This document shows positions 29,606 through 48,621 of a DNA stretch of 64,000 nucleotides, piece after piece. The position numbers were made by a program, and so were the translations under genes. This stretch comes from the human T2T-CHM13v2.0 reference genome, Homo sapiens, in NCBI RefSeq assembly GCF_009914755.1, contig NC_060929.1; one strand, given 5' to 3'. The notes under the pieces were generated by a model. It saw only the letters and a program-made list of their open reading frames with translations. It was not told where the DNA came from and did no database searches. Within the stretch, counting starts at the first letter, position 1. Each line of letters begins with the position of its first letter.

Positions 29606-31920
29606 GATTTAATCCTTTCAACATAGCTTTTTCTTTCATCTTCTGGGTTGGTAAATTTTGGTCTTTTTTATATTCCTTGAGAACATGAGGTTTGAAACTA
29701 TCTTGTCTCTTGTATTTATACTTGAACGGCAGCTTGGCTAAGTTGACATTCTTGGATCAAAAAGAGACAGTCATCTGAGGGAAGGTTGGCTTAACTTGCA
29801 GTGGTTTGAGAATGTACCATTGAGCCAGATCACTTGATGCTTAAAAAGAGTGACAGATGTTATAGCTGAAACACCTTCACATTTTGGCTACTGAGCAGGT
29901 TGCTGAAGTACCTGAGATAATATGCATGTCCTCCAACCCAGAGCCCCAGTACTTCTCACTACACAGGCACTGCCATGCATTCTGTAGTTCAGATCACTCT
30001 TCCTCATGGCTTAGATTGCTCCATCCAGATTGAGTGTGGAGTGTAGGGCATAGAAGAGTGTTTCGTTACTAAACTCATCCTAAGTTTATGAAACTAGAAT
30101 AAGGACAGTATAAGACACTCACAACTTTAGGCAAACCAAGAATTTTATAGTATACTTAGAAATTTTCCATCTTCTAGTCCTCAAACATATATGTTACAGT
30201 TATTACATAATTTCAAATTGTATTTCTTAGGAACAGTTTTGTTCTTGTCAACACATTTTAAATAATATGATATTAGTGGCAACATATTTTATAATTCTAA
30301 ATTTTGTCATTGACAGACATCACTTTAAAGGAAGCATGCCACAGTGCCCTTTATGTTTATTTGCTTTCTTAACTGAGAATCTACGTTTAAATAATCTCAC
30401 ATATTATAGAATTAAAGTATTCAAAACTTTTCCATGGTAAGGCAAGCCAATACTTTTTCACTTTTTAACATTTTAAATTATGAACACTTTTAAGCATATG
30501 TTACAACAGAAAATAATATAATAATACAAGGTACTAATGATCCAGATTTAAGACATGCTCTTGTTTGACATATTTGCCTAGGGCTTTTCTTTTCTTATTT
30601 AAATGACACAGATACAACAAAACCCCTGATTCCCTTGCTGTCAAGCCAATCTCCTCCATCTCCTTGACATTGTAGCTTATCTTTCCTGTTGCTTTTGAAC
30701 TTTTACTATATAGGCACTCATGACATTATGCAGTCTTATGTGTGTTTTTAGAATTTGCATAAATGGTGTAATTTCAGAATTTATTTTAAATTATGATAGT
30801 ATTTAGTGATTATGGAATATAAAAAGCAAAAAAAGGATTTGAAATTCTTTTCTATGTTTGATATGATCCTATGGTGTCAAGTATATCGTCAAGTCATTTT
30901 GCTTTTTTATTTGTGTGTTTGTTTTTAAAGAAATGTTTGAGATTTTGTAATCTGTGTTTTCTTAGATCTTTGAGAGTTTCTGTCAGTTGTCTCTATACTT
31001 GAAGGATAACTTGGCAATTTTAAAGTAGTCCAAGATAGCATATTTTCTTCACAATGTGTAGACACCAGGACATTGAATGTTGCTACAGTCTCTTTATCAT
31101 AGCTTGTCCTTTCATGTTTTGGGAAGGTACATTTTGAGCTTCATATCTTTCTTGGGTACTTGAGGTTTGAAACTGTTATGTCTGTTGTCTTTACACTTTA
31201 CAGCAACCAGATATGACTTTCTTGGGTCACACTTTCTTTCCTCAGAGCTTTGTACCCATTGCTATTCCCTCTCCTGTCTTTTGATGTTGCTCTGCTGGGA
31301 AAATCTGAGACCAACCTGACTTTTCTCCCTTGTGCTTGAATTGCTCCTTTTGCTTGGTTCCATTGAAGTGCTGGATAATTTCTTAGTGGCAATTGTTTGC
31401 CAACAGATTTTATTGGAACACGTTGTATAATTTAAATGGCCAAATTCAGTAGTTTATTCCTTTCAGAGAAATTAGCCTCTTGAATACTCTTTTTTTTTCT
31501 GTTCTGTAATAATGGAGTCAATATGGAACTAATCCTAAAAGTAGCATTCCTTATGATGTATATCAACTTTATATATCCTCCATACCTATTCTTTCCTTTT
31601 CAGTTTCCTTTCTAATTTACTTAAATTTAATACAGAGAGATCTTTGCCTTGGGTACTGTCCTCCAGAACACTCTACTCTGTCCTCTGCCAGCTGCTGTAT
31701 GGGGCCAAGCATCTCTGTCCACCTAAAATCTGTATTTCCAAAGTCTGTATTTCCCCTCTAGATCACGCTACAGTACCCAAGACCCTGGAATTCCCCAACC
31801 ATTGTTTTAAAACACATTTCAAGGACTCGTAGTAGCTCCTTGTCATGAATTTTCTGTCTGAGGAACCACTAGTATGTTTATCCTTAGACCTAAGAAATGG
31901 TTCAACAATTTGACTATTTG

Positions 31921-32284
31921 CAGGGACTATGGAAAGAGCTTGGAAATGTGGGCTGGGGTATCCACATATGTACATATGAGGTTCCTCATGGTATAGGCAC
32001 AGCTGGGGTGGAAAATGGAGTGTAATGGGCTATAGTCAGGCCTTGGTAGCTAGGGTTGGTTCTTCACTGCTACATCCTGACATGGAATGCTGAGTTATCC
32101 ATAAATTCTGTCTAAAATAATTGGCCTTTCAGATCTTTTATTAAGGTATATTTTTCAAGGTGACAGGATAGAATATGTAAACATTTTAAAATAGTTTCTT
32201 ACCTTGAAATGATCTTTATTTAATATTTGGATATATTGTATTTTACTCTTACCATAGGCTTTGGAAATGTTAGGAGCAGGTCTG
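31921..32284. mobile_element. MER115/Zaphod-like hAT-Tip100 fragment
   Basis: Ends CAGGGAC... and ...GGAAATGTTAGGAGCAGGTCTG, resembling the recalled Zaphod TIR. Internal GGGTATCCACATATGTACATATGAGG..GCTGGGGTGGAA. Confidence 0.45.
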
Positions 32285-33998
32285 TGTGAGAAATATCTGA
32301 TTTTTTCCCTTCTGTAGTCACAGTGATTATGACGATAACTCAGTTGCAATCATGTCTATTCTCCATCTTACTTCATGCATATTATTTATTAGTTTGTCAG
32401 TAGTACTATTCTGGAACTCAGTTTTTTTCTTTAGCTCTTCAATTCCTCTTCTATTTTATTCCCTTTTAATAAGTGTATATCTTATGTATTTTTGTAGCAC
32501 AAAACGCTCAGGGAAATTTTTCTTCTCTTCCAAACAGCTCTTCATCTGCATTTTGCACTATGTATTCCTTTCTTTCTTTTCTCCCCTTCCGCACACCATA
32601 TCACAATAGTGTTTATAGAGTCACCTTGCCAATTCTTTTCATCTTGCTATGTTTAATTTAAAAAGCTCTGCTTAAGAACTTCCACTGGACCTGAAAAGTG
32701 TGGTAACTTTTCCTTAACGTGTTTCTCTCATGTCTAAGATTGATGATCCTCCTAGGCAAGGCCCAGCACGAAGGTGAGCTTATTTCATTCCAGACACAGT
32801 CCTATAGCTTGAAGGCCTGGGGACCTTGGGGGCAGGAATAGGGGTGGAGGACAATCAAGGAATTTCTACTCTTTGTACTTACTGTAGAATAAGTACATGT
32901 GTTCCAGTTCATTCCACCACCACATTCAGGGTTTATCATAGGCTTGTGGGAAATGTCTTTCTGTGTTGTATTATTCCTACTGTCCAGTGTGACCCCACAC
33001 TTCTGCCTCAATAATTCAGTCCCTGTTCACCGTTCTTCTTTCACCATTGTCAACCCTGCAGTCTGCCCTATACACTGTCCATCTTTGGTATTCTTTGTGA
33101 AAATGCGAGGGCTTTTGTTATTTCACTGGTACCAGTGTGAGGCTTAAGGCCAGTTTTAGGGTCTGTACCAAGTCAAGATAAAACCCCCCTTTTTTTTTCC
33201 CTTAGCTGATAGTATTTCAAACTCAACACAGTGAATTATGCCTTCTTAGTTTTTTTGGTTTCCGCTAGTAAGTATTTATGCTGTTTGTGATTTTACTGGT
33301 TACTGATGAAGGGAATTCTACTTTATTCCATCATCTCCTTTCTAAACTTTTCACTATGACCTCACTTTTTATAAGTAAAAATCATGCATGTTTGCTGTTG
33401 AAAAGGTTAAAAAAGTTGAACAGGATACAAAAAGTAAAAGAAAAAAATTATAAGTCATTTTATTTCCACTTTTCTTCTGTGCACACCGTCTACTTTAATT
33501 ATTTGTTCTTACTGCCCAGAAACTTTTCCTTTGTTATTACTTCCTAGAGATTTCATTCTTCATCATGCCATCTTAAGTAGACTTTGTACTTTAGCTCAAG
33601 CTAAAACACTTGAAGTTAAGGAAAATGAGCTTAGAAACAACTTTTCTTCTATCTAAGAAGCTCTTGCCTCTCTGTTATACACATTCATATCACTGTAGAG
33701 TATATGTATTTTTGGGAAAGGATTATTATTACTTTGTTCCTTTAGACAGTTGAGTCTAAGCTACCTCTCAACCTCTTGGCACACTTTGCTAAGCAATAAA
33801 ACAACTTGTAATAGAAAGTTCCTCAGTGACATGCAATGAGACTCTGGTGGGTCACAACCCATTTTCAAGTGGACTAAAGGTAACTATTGTTTACTGATAA
33901 TAAATATTGAAGTTGTGGAATTAATTTACTTAAAAAATCAACTATATTCATTAGTATGTTGATTAAAACAGTTAATGTGTAAAAAACTGGACAAATCT

Positions 33999-34399
<401 letters not shown>

Positions 34400-34441
34400 T
34401 TAGATGCGATGAGGCAATGAAAATTTGAGAAAAAATGTTTT

Positions 34442-38895
<4,454 letters not shown>

Positions 38896-38918
38896 GATGG
38901 GAATAACGCGTCCGCATC
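38896..38918 (-). other. 23-nt non-L1 insert resembling an 18S rRNA fragment at the L1 5' junction
   Basis: Minus-strand GATGCGGACGCGTTATTCCCATC versus recalled human 18S GATGCGGCGGCGTTATTCCCATG (20/23). Lies inside the TSD. Confidence 0.7.
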
Positions 38919-39104
38919 AAATAAATGTTTTAAGAAAATAAAGTGACCGTCTGCAAAGGGCATGCCCTATGATAGCTTATTGTTTAGGAAAGACTAATGC
39001 AGATATTTTAATTTTGAGGAAGATTTATCCAAGTGTTTTTTTCTAATGTGCCATAAGAGGATAACTCTGTGGTGACTGCGTGTAATGACACTGAGTCTTT
39101 TAAG

Positions 39105-39390
39105 CAAACAGTCTCAAAATGTTGAACTGTGTGTGTGCTGATGAACTCCTTCAAGCAGATTTGGTACAACTTGCTCAATCAGTTTTTAAAATTATTATTA
39201 TTACCCCAGTGTTTGAATATCTGTAAATTTCACATAAAAATTGTTTAAGTTTCTCTGAAAACCGTAGGAAAAGGGCAATATGAGGCCCTCACACCCTCCC
39301 CTCTTTACCATAGTTCCCTGCTTGATGGTGGTGTGTTCATACACCTCCCCCATTTAGTTTGCCAACTCTACTTTGTCATGTATTTGAAAA
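39105..39390. mobile_element. MER102-like hAT-Charlie fragment
   Basis: AAATTTCACATAAAAA..TTTCTCTGAAAA..GGGCAATATGAGGCCC resembles recalled MER102. Confidence 0.35.
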
Positions 39391-42223
39391 TGGCTTATTG
39401 TTTTTTAAAAAAATCCTTATATAGCTCTTATGTGAATTATTAACATTAGCCTTCTGGAAAAATGTGTTATTAGAATAGGTAGATATTACAAATTACTCAG
39501 AATATTTAGATATTATCCTCTAGTTTTTGGTTTTTACATTTGAAAATCATGTGTCCTAGAGCCCATATATCTAATCCTCCACATACTAAAATTGAAATTT
39601 CAAAACATTTTATTCAAACTTATAATTTTAAATTACCCAGCATATTTTAAGAGGTGTTTTTTAAATAATGATATTAATTTAAACGTCACAATTGTTTCAC
39701 CTTTTCTTTTAAATTAGAACTCAGTAAAAGAGAAAGTCTTGTTTTGAAAGAAAAAAGTGTTTCTAGATTTTACATTCACAACGTAAAATATGCTAATTGA
39801 TTTTTTAAAGTAATAATTCATAGAGAATTTAATGAAGTACAATAGAAATATACAGTTTTGAACACTGGGGGCTTTGATTTTTTTTAACTAATGACAGTAT
39901 ATTTATGAAGATAAACAACGGCGTTTATATGACTACCAAAGGTTTTAGGGTATAATTACAATGTTTTAAATGTTATAATGCATAAAATAAACAATACTTT
40001 TATTCTGACCATAAGCAAAATATGTAATGTCTTTGATGCACTGTAGGTGATGTAGGCAAATTTTATATTTGGACATGTGAAAAGTGATAAATAATGCAGA
40101 TTCACAATGGGATTGGTTTTACAGTTTTCATATGTTCATTGCCTTAACATTTTTAGAAGTTAGAAAAAATATTCTATGTTTTGCCTTTCTCAGTACCACA
40201 TATAGAACATGTGTATTTATAGTATCTCCCAACACAGTTTTGTTAAAATTAAACAACATGAATGGCTTTTGCTATGGATCCACTAAATTCTCTGTTTTCA
40301 TAAAGAAAAAAAGTGAATGTTGAAGTCTTTCTGGGATTTGGCAACAGAATGAGAGCTGTAAAATATCAATTTTCAAAATCTCTTGGCAGATTTAAATGAC
40401 CATTATATTTATGATGTAGACTTTCATTGTTTTCAAATTTTATGTAACTTATTTTTATAAAATATCTCTGCATCCCCATGACAGTGAGAGCAAATGGTTA
40501 GAAAGCCTATTCTACAAGAATTTCAAATATTAAACCCTCTCTTTCATGTCACGTATTCTGGATGATTAAATCAGTCAGGAAGGTATTATATTTTAAAATG
40601 CAACCCCCTTACTCCATTAAGAATGCTAGAACTCTAGCACAGAAAGGAATATCATAATGCTTGTATACCTTTATTAAACCAAGGATAATGTCCCCATGTG
40701 CATTCATGCTAAGCACACTCCCTTCATGGTTGAACCAAACTTGGTATTCTCAAGTTGTGGAGGATATTCCAAAGATGGGCTTTAGAGATTTTCAGATGTT
40801 TTCACTAACGCAAAAATAATATAATGTAATCTCCCAATTTGTATCATTTTCTGTAATTTCCGTAGATTTGCTTATGACAAGAATAATCCTTTTTTTATGA
40901 CTTGCTTTATGACACTTTTCTGTTTCAACTGCTAGTGACTGCCTATTACCTTTAGGTAAAACCCCACTCATTAGCATGGTGTTGAAGACCCTTAGGCATT
41001 CTCAAACCTCTTTACCTGCATCTCTTTCCCTTTCTGTCTTTACACACTTCCTCCTTTTTCTAGCTTGCCTGCTTATTTACTAAAATCCTAAAATGTGCAC
41101 ATATACACACACACCATACCCCTTACACTGTACTACATTGGATGATTTTGTATTCCTAGAACTCTCGTTTAATTTTTCAAATCTTCTTCTTTTACTGTGC
41201 ATTTTATTGTGCCTAATGTGTTGCCTACTTTTTTCTACCTCTTCTCTCAAAGATCAGATATCAGAGTTTCTTTTTTTCTTTCTTTTAAAAAAATTGCAAA
41301 GTACAGAACTAATGCTAGAAAAAAGACTCAGTTTTATCATCTCAAGCTAGTGAGAGTCCAAATCATGAATACATCCTACCATCTTACCTTTACATGCAGT
41401 AGTGTTATCAGTATCAACATTTCTAGTAATATTACTTGGAATTCATGATAAATGCTATTATTTCTACAGTGAAAATATATGCCTGAGATATGAAGGAGAG
41501 GATAGAGTTTTCTGATCTTTTTAACAAGTAATTTAATATTGTGCATAGATACTAAGATAATTTAAGCAAATAAAGTATAATTTACTAAAATTTGCCTTCC
41601 TTTGCATTGTATACTAAACATTTTGCTCAGTATCTGAGATGTAAAAAGTAAAAACATGTCAAAATGTCATTTTAATGTAAATGTAAATATTTATTTAAAA
41701 ATATTGATAAGTGTAATACTGTATATTTCAAACTTGTTTTAATATATCACGTGAATCTTCTCTCTATGAAAGTGCCATACTTTTTAAATATGTGTGTGTA
41801 CATATATATGTATGAAAAAGAGAGAAGTTAGAAATCTCATGAACATAACTTATTTACCACCCAGATTTATTACTTCAAAAGTTTATAATCAAGCACAAAA
41901 TGTAAGCAATAAGAGTCTAATATAAAAACACTTTGTTGTAAGACTTTTCCTTTGATTCTTGTATGTTTATTGTTCATTTATTCAACATATATTCTTATTC
42001 TAGACATAAATGCCCAGGATTTCCTGCCCTTTGGGAGGTTACAGTCTTGCCAAGGAGACAAACCTTAAGGGGCTAATTACACAATGAATCACTGGATCAC
42101 CAAGTGGCACAAGGTGTGAAGCACACGGACAGGAGCTCTAGGGCTGCATAACAGGACTTGAAGGCAATCGGGAAGAGTGCCTTGAGGAGATACAGGGGCT
42201 AATTCTTGAAGGGCAGGTGAGGG

Positions 42224-42226
<3 letters not shown>

Positions 42227-42268
<42 letters not shown>
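42227..42268. repeat. (TG)21 microsatellite
   Basis: Perfect TG repeat. Confidence 0.97.
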
Positions 42269-42270
<2 letters not shown>

Positions 42271-42521
42271 GTGGGGGGAAACAGAGGAACTAGTCCTAAG
42301 TAGAGAATGCCTTATATAAGAACCCACAGGCAGGAACTTAACATCTTCTAAGCACTAAGAGAAGTGAAAAGAGTGTGGAGTGAGGATGGGTGGCACAGGA
42401 GCCTCCTGGTGTGGATGGCAGGACCTGGATCCTGGGAGTATTGTAGCTTTATTAAGTATTTCGTCTTTATCTTAAAAGCAATTGCAAATTAATTAAAGGC
42501 TTTTAATAATTTATGTTATAG

Positions 42522-42528
<7 letters not shown>

Positions 42529-42558
<30 letters not shown>
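42529..42558. repeat. (TG)15 microsatellite preceded by (TA)n
   Basis: Perfect TG repeat. Confidence 0.97.
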
Positions 42559-42563
<5 letters not shown>

Positions 42564-43648
42564 GATACATATTTAAAGAAAGTCTTCTGTAACTGCAAGG
42601 CAAAGAATGGATTGAATGGAAGAAAGAGTGGATTGGATACAGCATACTCTTATTCTTATTACATTACTGTGATGCTTGCAGAATATTTTTTATTGAGCTA
42701 GTTTAACATCTATAGGGGAAATTAAAATAGACAACTTGAGGATTTGTTTAATTCATACTTCACAAATACGAAAAGAGATTATAGATATTGAAAGCTATAA
42801 GCTTGTGTTAAAGTTTATAGTTCCATTATCTTGAGTTACAATTTCTTTCTGAACATGATTAACATAATAGAATCATTTTGAAGTGTATACACACAAAATG
42901 CAACTAGTTGCATCTTGTACATCTATTAGGTTACTAAAGCAATTGTGATGAAGGATGTTTCCTTTGCCACACTTTACAGGAAGCCTCAGTAGAGGCATGA
43001 GTCTGTTAAAATCACAAGATAGGTGATGAAAACAGGAATTAAAGTTAGTAATGACATTTCAGCCATTATAATCTGTGGATAATGTTTGTTACAAAGGAAA
43101 GAAAAGTAAAAACCTCATTTACTAAAACTTATAGACAAGTAAATGTGAGAATTACATGTAGTGACTATAACATGCAATACATTTAACTATATGGAACTAT
43201 GTGATGCTTTAGTATCACTTTCTCCCTTAGTACTTGTTTTATGTTTCTTTTTCCTAAACAGCATTTCGGCATGTGCCAATTAGAAGTTAGAAGTGGTGCA
43301 TGATGATTTGGGGCATTTCTACGTATTTCAAGTGCAGCTCACAAATGCTTATGGTTGTATGACAAAATGAATTAAATGAAACCAGGTACTTTGGTCTTAT
43401 TTTATGGGTCTTTAAAAAGCACATAAACATCTTGTTTTACAAATTATAGAGTTAAAATTTTTACATCATTTAGTGTTTCGATTAACATAAACTCCTGAAT
43501 CTTGTGTAATTTTTAAAGGCTACAAGTGTCTGTTAACATTTTTATACAAATCTTATCTAGAGTGGAATTTTATATTTAGATATGGGCTGTCTATATACTA
43601 TCTATGCTATGGCTATAAAATAATTAGACTTAAAACATGAACGTACTA

Positions 43649-43967
43649 GGCCAGGCACAATGGCTCATGCCGATAATCCCAGCACTTTGGGAGAATGAGG
43701 TGGGTGGATTGCTTGAGCTCAGGTGTTTGAGACCAGCCTGTGCAACATAGCAGAAACCCATATCTAAAAAAAATAAAAAATAAAAAACAAAAAAAAATTA
43801 GCCCGGCATGGTGGCACATGCCTGTAATCCCAACTACTCAGGAGGTTGAGGCAGGAGAATCACTTCACCCTAGGAGGCGGTGGCTACAGTGAGCCGAGAT
43901 TGCACCACTGCACTCCAGCCTGGCGACAGAGTGAGACCCTTTCTCAAAGAAAAAAAAAAAAACCTAC
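43649..43967 (+). mobile_element. AluJ-like element
   Basis: GGCCAGGCACAATGG..GCTTGAGCTCAGG..GCAACATAG (J diagnostics) with an expanded middle A-rich linker. TSD core TAAAACATG at 43631-43639 and 43968-43976. Confidence 0.9.
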
Positions 43968-44269
43968 TAAAACATGTGCATTCATCTACAGTCTATGTAC
44001 AAATACTTCCTACATTTTTTTTATCAATGCTGTAAATACACATCTTTTGGAAATTGAGCTCTAAAATTTCAACTACTATCTAAACTCTTACATGTCGACG
44101 CTCCAGGGCCTCCTGAAACCTCTTAACTGCTTTTTCTGCCATGTGTGGTACTGATATGCCATCTACCTACTTTATTTTTTACCAATATAGAAAAAAATTG
44201 TCCTTCATACCTGCATGCCGCTGTATATGCTGTTGTCTCTGCCCCCCTGCCCGCCCTCCAAAAAAGGCT

Positions 44270-45700
44270 GGGTTAAATGTAATGTTCCTTGGATCCTATG
44301 CATCTCTTCTTTCTTGGATTCCATTTTTATTGTGCCAGAATATCTCGTTAATTAACTTTTAAAGAATGGATGTGAAGGAAGTAAGTGTCTTTGTCCTTAA
44401 TAGCTAAAAATATTTTAATTTACTTTTACAAAAGATTATTAATTTAGCCAGGAATTAAAATTGGGGTTGAAATAATTTGTTCTGGAACTTTTGAAGTTAC
44501 TAGCAAAATGTCTTTCACTGTCTATTCCTCCTGAAGAAACTGTATTGATCATGTGATTTGTATTTTTTTCTGAGTGTCTTGAAATTGACTTTTCTTTATT
44601 TTTCATTCATTCTCATCAGCACTCAGTTGGCCCTTTACATTTGAAGCTGCATTTGTGTTGTCAACCATGAAATTTTTATTCTTCCATTATTTATTTTATT
44701 ATTACCATCTCACAATTTCTCTTTTTCTGTTTCTGGAACTCCTTAATCAGTTTTTGAAGCTCCAATATTGATCTTTTTGCTCTATGTCTTTTAACTTTTT
44801 TCTTGTATTTTTAAAATGTATTTTTGCTTTATATTTAATAATATTTCTAAGATTTTATTTTTATTTTTAAGCCATTAATATTTTTAAAATTTAACATTTG
44901 TTTTATATTCCAATTTTTTTATTTTATTGCTTTTTTTACGTATGTGTTATTATTTTATAACTGCAGTACATTTTCAAGCATCTCTAAATAGATTAATTAG
45001 ACTTACTACAAAGTTCTATTTAGTTCACTAATAATGGCAGCTTCATCTTTAACATTGATCAATTCATTCATTTTGGTCTTTCTGTTTTGTGTTGTTGCTT
45101 ATTTCAAAAATCTCACGATACTTAGTCATATGTTCTTATAATATAGATGTTTTAGAATCTTCCCACATATGGAGCAAGAGCAAATGGCTGGATGCTGTGA
45201 CTCCATCTTCATGACTTTCCCAATGAAAAAAATGGAGAGCTTTATTCGGAGCTGCTGTTAACCCGTACTCAGAGCATTCTTATCCAGTGACATTGTTCCA
45301 TATTTTTATAGCAAGGATTTCAGTTTCTTTTTAAGGTTATTAGCTGTTACTATGTTGCCAATCGTGTTGTATGTGAAAGAGTGTGGGGCCATTAGACACA
45401 ATGTGTTCTTGTTAAATACAGTGATTCAACAATGCCCCACTCTAACTTTTGTATTACTTCTCACTTCCACTTTTTCTGTATTCCACTTTCAAATTTGAAA
45501 TCCTTCTGGGACTTCATCAGTACTTTTTCCACCTTTTTATTAACTCATCTGTATATTTATAAAATATCTGATTAGATTTCACTTTTCTCTGAAAGTTTTC
45601 TGAGTTTATTACTATTCTTACTTCTTTACTCTCATTTAAAGATGATCTGAGGAGGAAGACATGAAGTACATATGGTCAGTCTCATTTAAACTAGAAACTT
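44270..45700 (-). mobile_element. HAL1-like fragments
   Basis: TTCCTTGGATCC..TTAGCCAGGAATTAAAATTGGGGTTGAAATAATTT..TTTCTGGAACTCC resembles antisense HAL1. Boundaries approximate. Confidence 0.45.
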
Positions 45701-46149
45701 ATTTTTTATCTTCAATGTCTTACATATTACCAGATGAATAGTACTTGCACAATAAATTATAATTGAATCCAATTGAACACACAGAAAAATAAGACAAACT
45801 GCATTATAGTTTTACTTGCTTTTGACCAAAAATATTATTAGGTATTAAATACTTAATTTATTAGGCTCAACTATGAATAATGATTGTTGTCTATTTTAAA
45901 ATCTAGTTTATTTCCAGAGAACAGGATGTAAGTTGCCACTTATATGCATATTATAAAAAGAAACAACACAACACCTCCCAAGAATCCACCTTACTCTGTT
46001 TCCAAAAAAACTTGGAAAAAAGAATTTAGTAAAAATTTTTAAGTATATATCCTCCATATTTACTTTCTGACAGTATGATTAGATATGTGCCTCTGTGTGG
46101 GTGTGTGTATTTTATTGTCACTGTTTGTTTTAGTATCTCTTTCAGAGAA

Positions 46150-46499
46150 AGCTTGTTGCTTTGGAATATCCTTTCTTCTTAATTTTGTAGAAGAACCATA
46201 TCCCAGATAAAAGTCTACATTCCCCAGTATCCATGTATCACGATGACTTTATTTTGACTGGTGAGATGTAAGCAAATAAAATGTATTGCTCCTAAAACAT
46301 CTCCTTAAAAAAGAGTAGTTATGACTTCCCCACCCTATTTCATTCTACCTTTTGAAATGTATATGTGAAGGCAGGGCCCCGTTCCTGAATTTGGACATGA
46401 AAATGGAGCACACCCCCTTGGTATAGCAGAGCAGAAAGTTAGACCTTGGGTCTCTAACAACATCAAGATTGTCTAACTTACTCTGGATTATGTTTATTT

Positions 46500-46533
<34 letters not shown>

Positions 46534-46650
46534 CGTGCGTGTGTATATATGTATGCTTTTTCAAATATATCAAGGAAAAAAGAAAGAGTTAAATAATACA
46601 ATTATGGTGCTTGAGATGTTTCAGACAGCAAAGACAGACATGCTTAATTG
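46150..46650 (+). mobile_element. Old MLT1 LTR fragment containing a (TA)n(TG)n tract at ~46500-46550
   Basis: CTACATTCCCCAG..GGTGAGATGTAAGC..GCAGAGCAGAAAG..CCTTGGGTCTCT. Confidence 0.4.
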
Positions 46651-47853
46651 CTTTAGGTGATAGGGAGAACTTAAGAACAATGTGGAAATATGTAAGGAGT
46701 CGATTGGCCTCATCTCTAAGAAACAATAATATTGTTAACGAAATATGATTCCTCTAGAAGTCCAAAGACAGGCCCAGGAACCCAATGCAGTTCTAGTCTT
46801 CCCTTTGGAAAAAAGCATTTAGTGAAGTTCCCCTGAGCGACTTTTTCATAATGGACATTGGACATTTTCAGAAGTCAAAAGAGGCCCGAGTCACTCCTAA
46901 TTTTTAAGGTTTGTATAGATTCTTCTAAATAAATAAATACCAAAGAGAAGTTAACCAAACTGTGATATAATTTAAATGTTTCCATTTATTACATTGTTTC
47001 TAGCACAAGTAGAATTCAATATAATTTTACCTTTCAGAAGATAACCACAGTGTTTATTCACACATATCAATTCATATACAGTCTATCAGAAATACTGTGA
47101 TCTAGCAGCAGAACACGAAGTTGTAGGCTGTATAATGAGGTGCTTATTTTCATCCTGTCAGTAGATCATTAGGATAGGTGGGTAGAGATTTTTAACATTT
47201 TATATGAAGTGTGTTTGCGATGACTATGAACTCAGGGCAAAGTGGCCCTACTGTGTCCTTGCTGGAATATCCTCACTGTTGACTTCACTACTTCCTGCCT
47301 CGCCTCTGTTAGGCTTATATGAGGGCTCTTCCAGAGGAGGGTATGTCACTTGCTATCCTATATATTATGCCTGTGTTGGACACAGTTCTTTTACCGACCA
47401 GCATTTGGACTCAGCTACTGAGAAAGGTCAAATAGTTAGGGGAAGGTAGTGTATTTACCGGTCTTCTTCTCTTGTTAGAAATTCCTATAGCTCCCATTAA
47501 TTTCTCTTTTCAGTTCTTTGCTGATAATGCCACCATATTTAAATTGTGATTGTTTTTCTAAGTCAATCTTAAAGATCTTACAGGAATCTATAAATCTTCT
47601 TGGAAAGGTTTCAGTCAGGGTTAAGTTCCTTTTTTCTCTCCATTAAGTTTGTTATTGCAAATTCTTGTGGTTGAGAATTGTTGACAAGGAGGAGCTAAAG
47701 ATTCACTCAAATTGAAAGAGGTTTTCATTTTGTTTTGTTCTTAAGGCAATTGAATTATATTTTTTTATTAAAAAAGTAAGATTTAGGTTCTAAATGCACT
47801 TAGTGCTATATGGAAATTTATTTGAAGAAAAGTATATACTTAAACTCTCTTAG

Positions 47854-48174
<321 letters not shown>

Positions 48175-48621
48175 AGCTGTAAACTGCTTTTTATGTCAAG
48201 CTTTGGAGCAAGGCTTTACGAGTTAGGCAAAATAGGAAGAGAGCTCACCAAGTCTCACCAATTCTATATTTTTCTCTGTCTAATCCATTTTTATGTGTCT
48301 TTCTGGGCCATCTGGGATTGGAGGGATTAAAGATGTTGAAAATCAGACCTAACCATGGAAAGCTGGGGTAGGATGGAAATAAAGGCAACAAATGACTTTT
48401 TCCATAGTATCTACATTTATTCAATTACCTCACTAGGCAAATTCTTAGTGAATTCTTACTATGTGCAGTCACTGTGCTCTCTGCCAGGGATAAAGGATGG
48501 AAACACGTGCTTATATGTTCTGAGGGGAATACACATAAATAGACAGTCCCAATACATTAAGGCAATTGTAGTAATAAAAGGACAAAGCAGAGTAGGAGCT
48601 TAGGAAAAGGATCTACTAGTA

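Larger units (their letters stand above)
41970..42640 (-). mobile_element. L2 fragment carrying two (TG)n tracts
   Basis: TTCATTTATTCAACATAT..CCTGCCCTTTGGGAGGTTACAGTCT..GGGAAGAGTGCCTTGAGGAG..GAATGGATTG. Confidence 0.6.
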
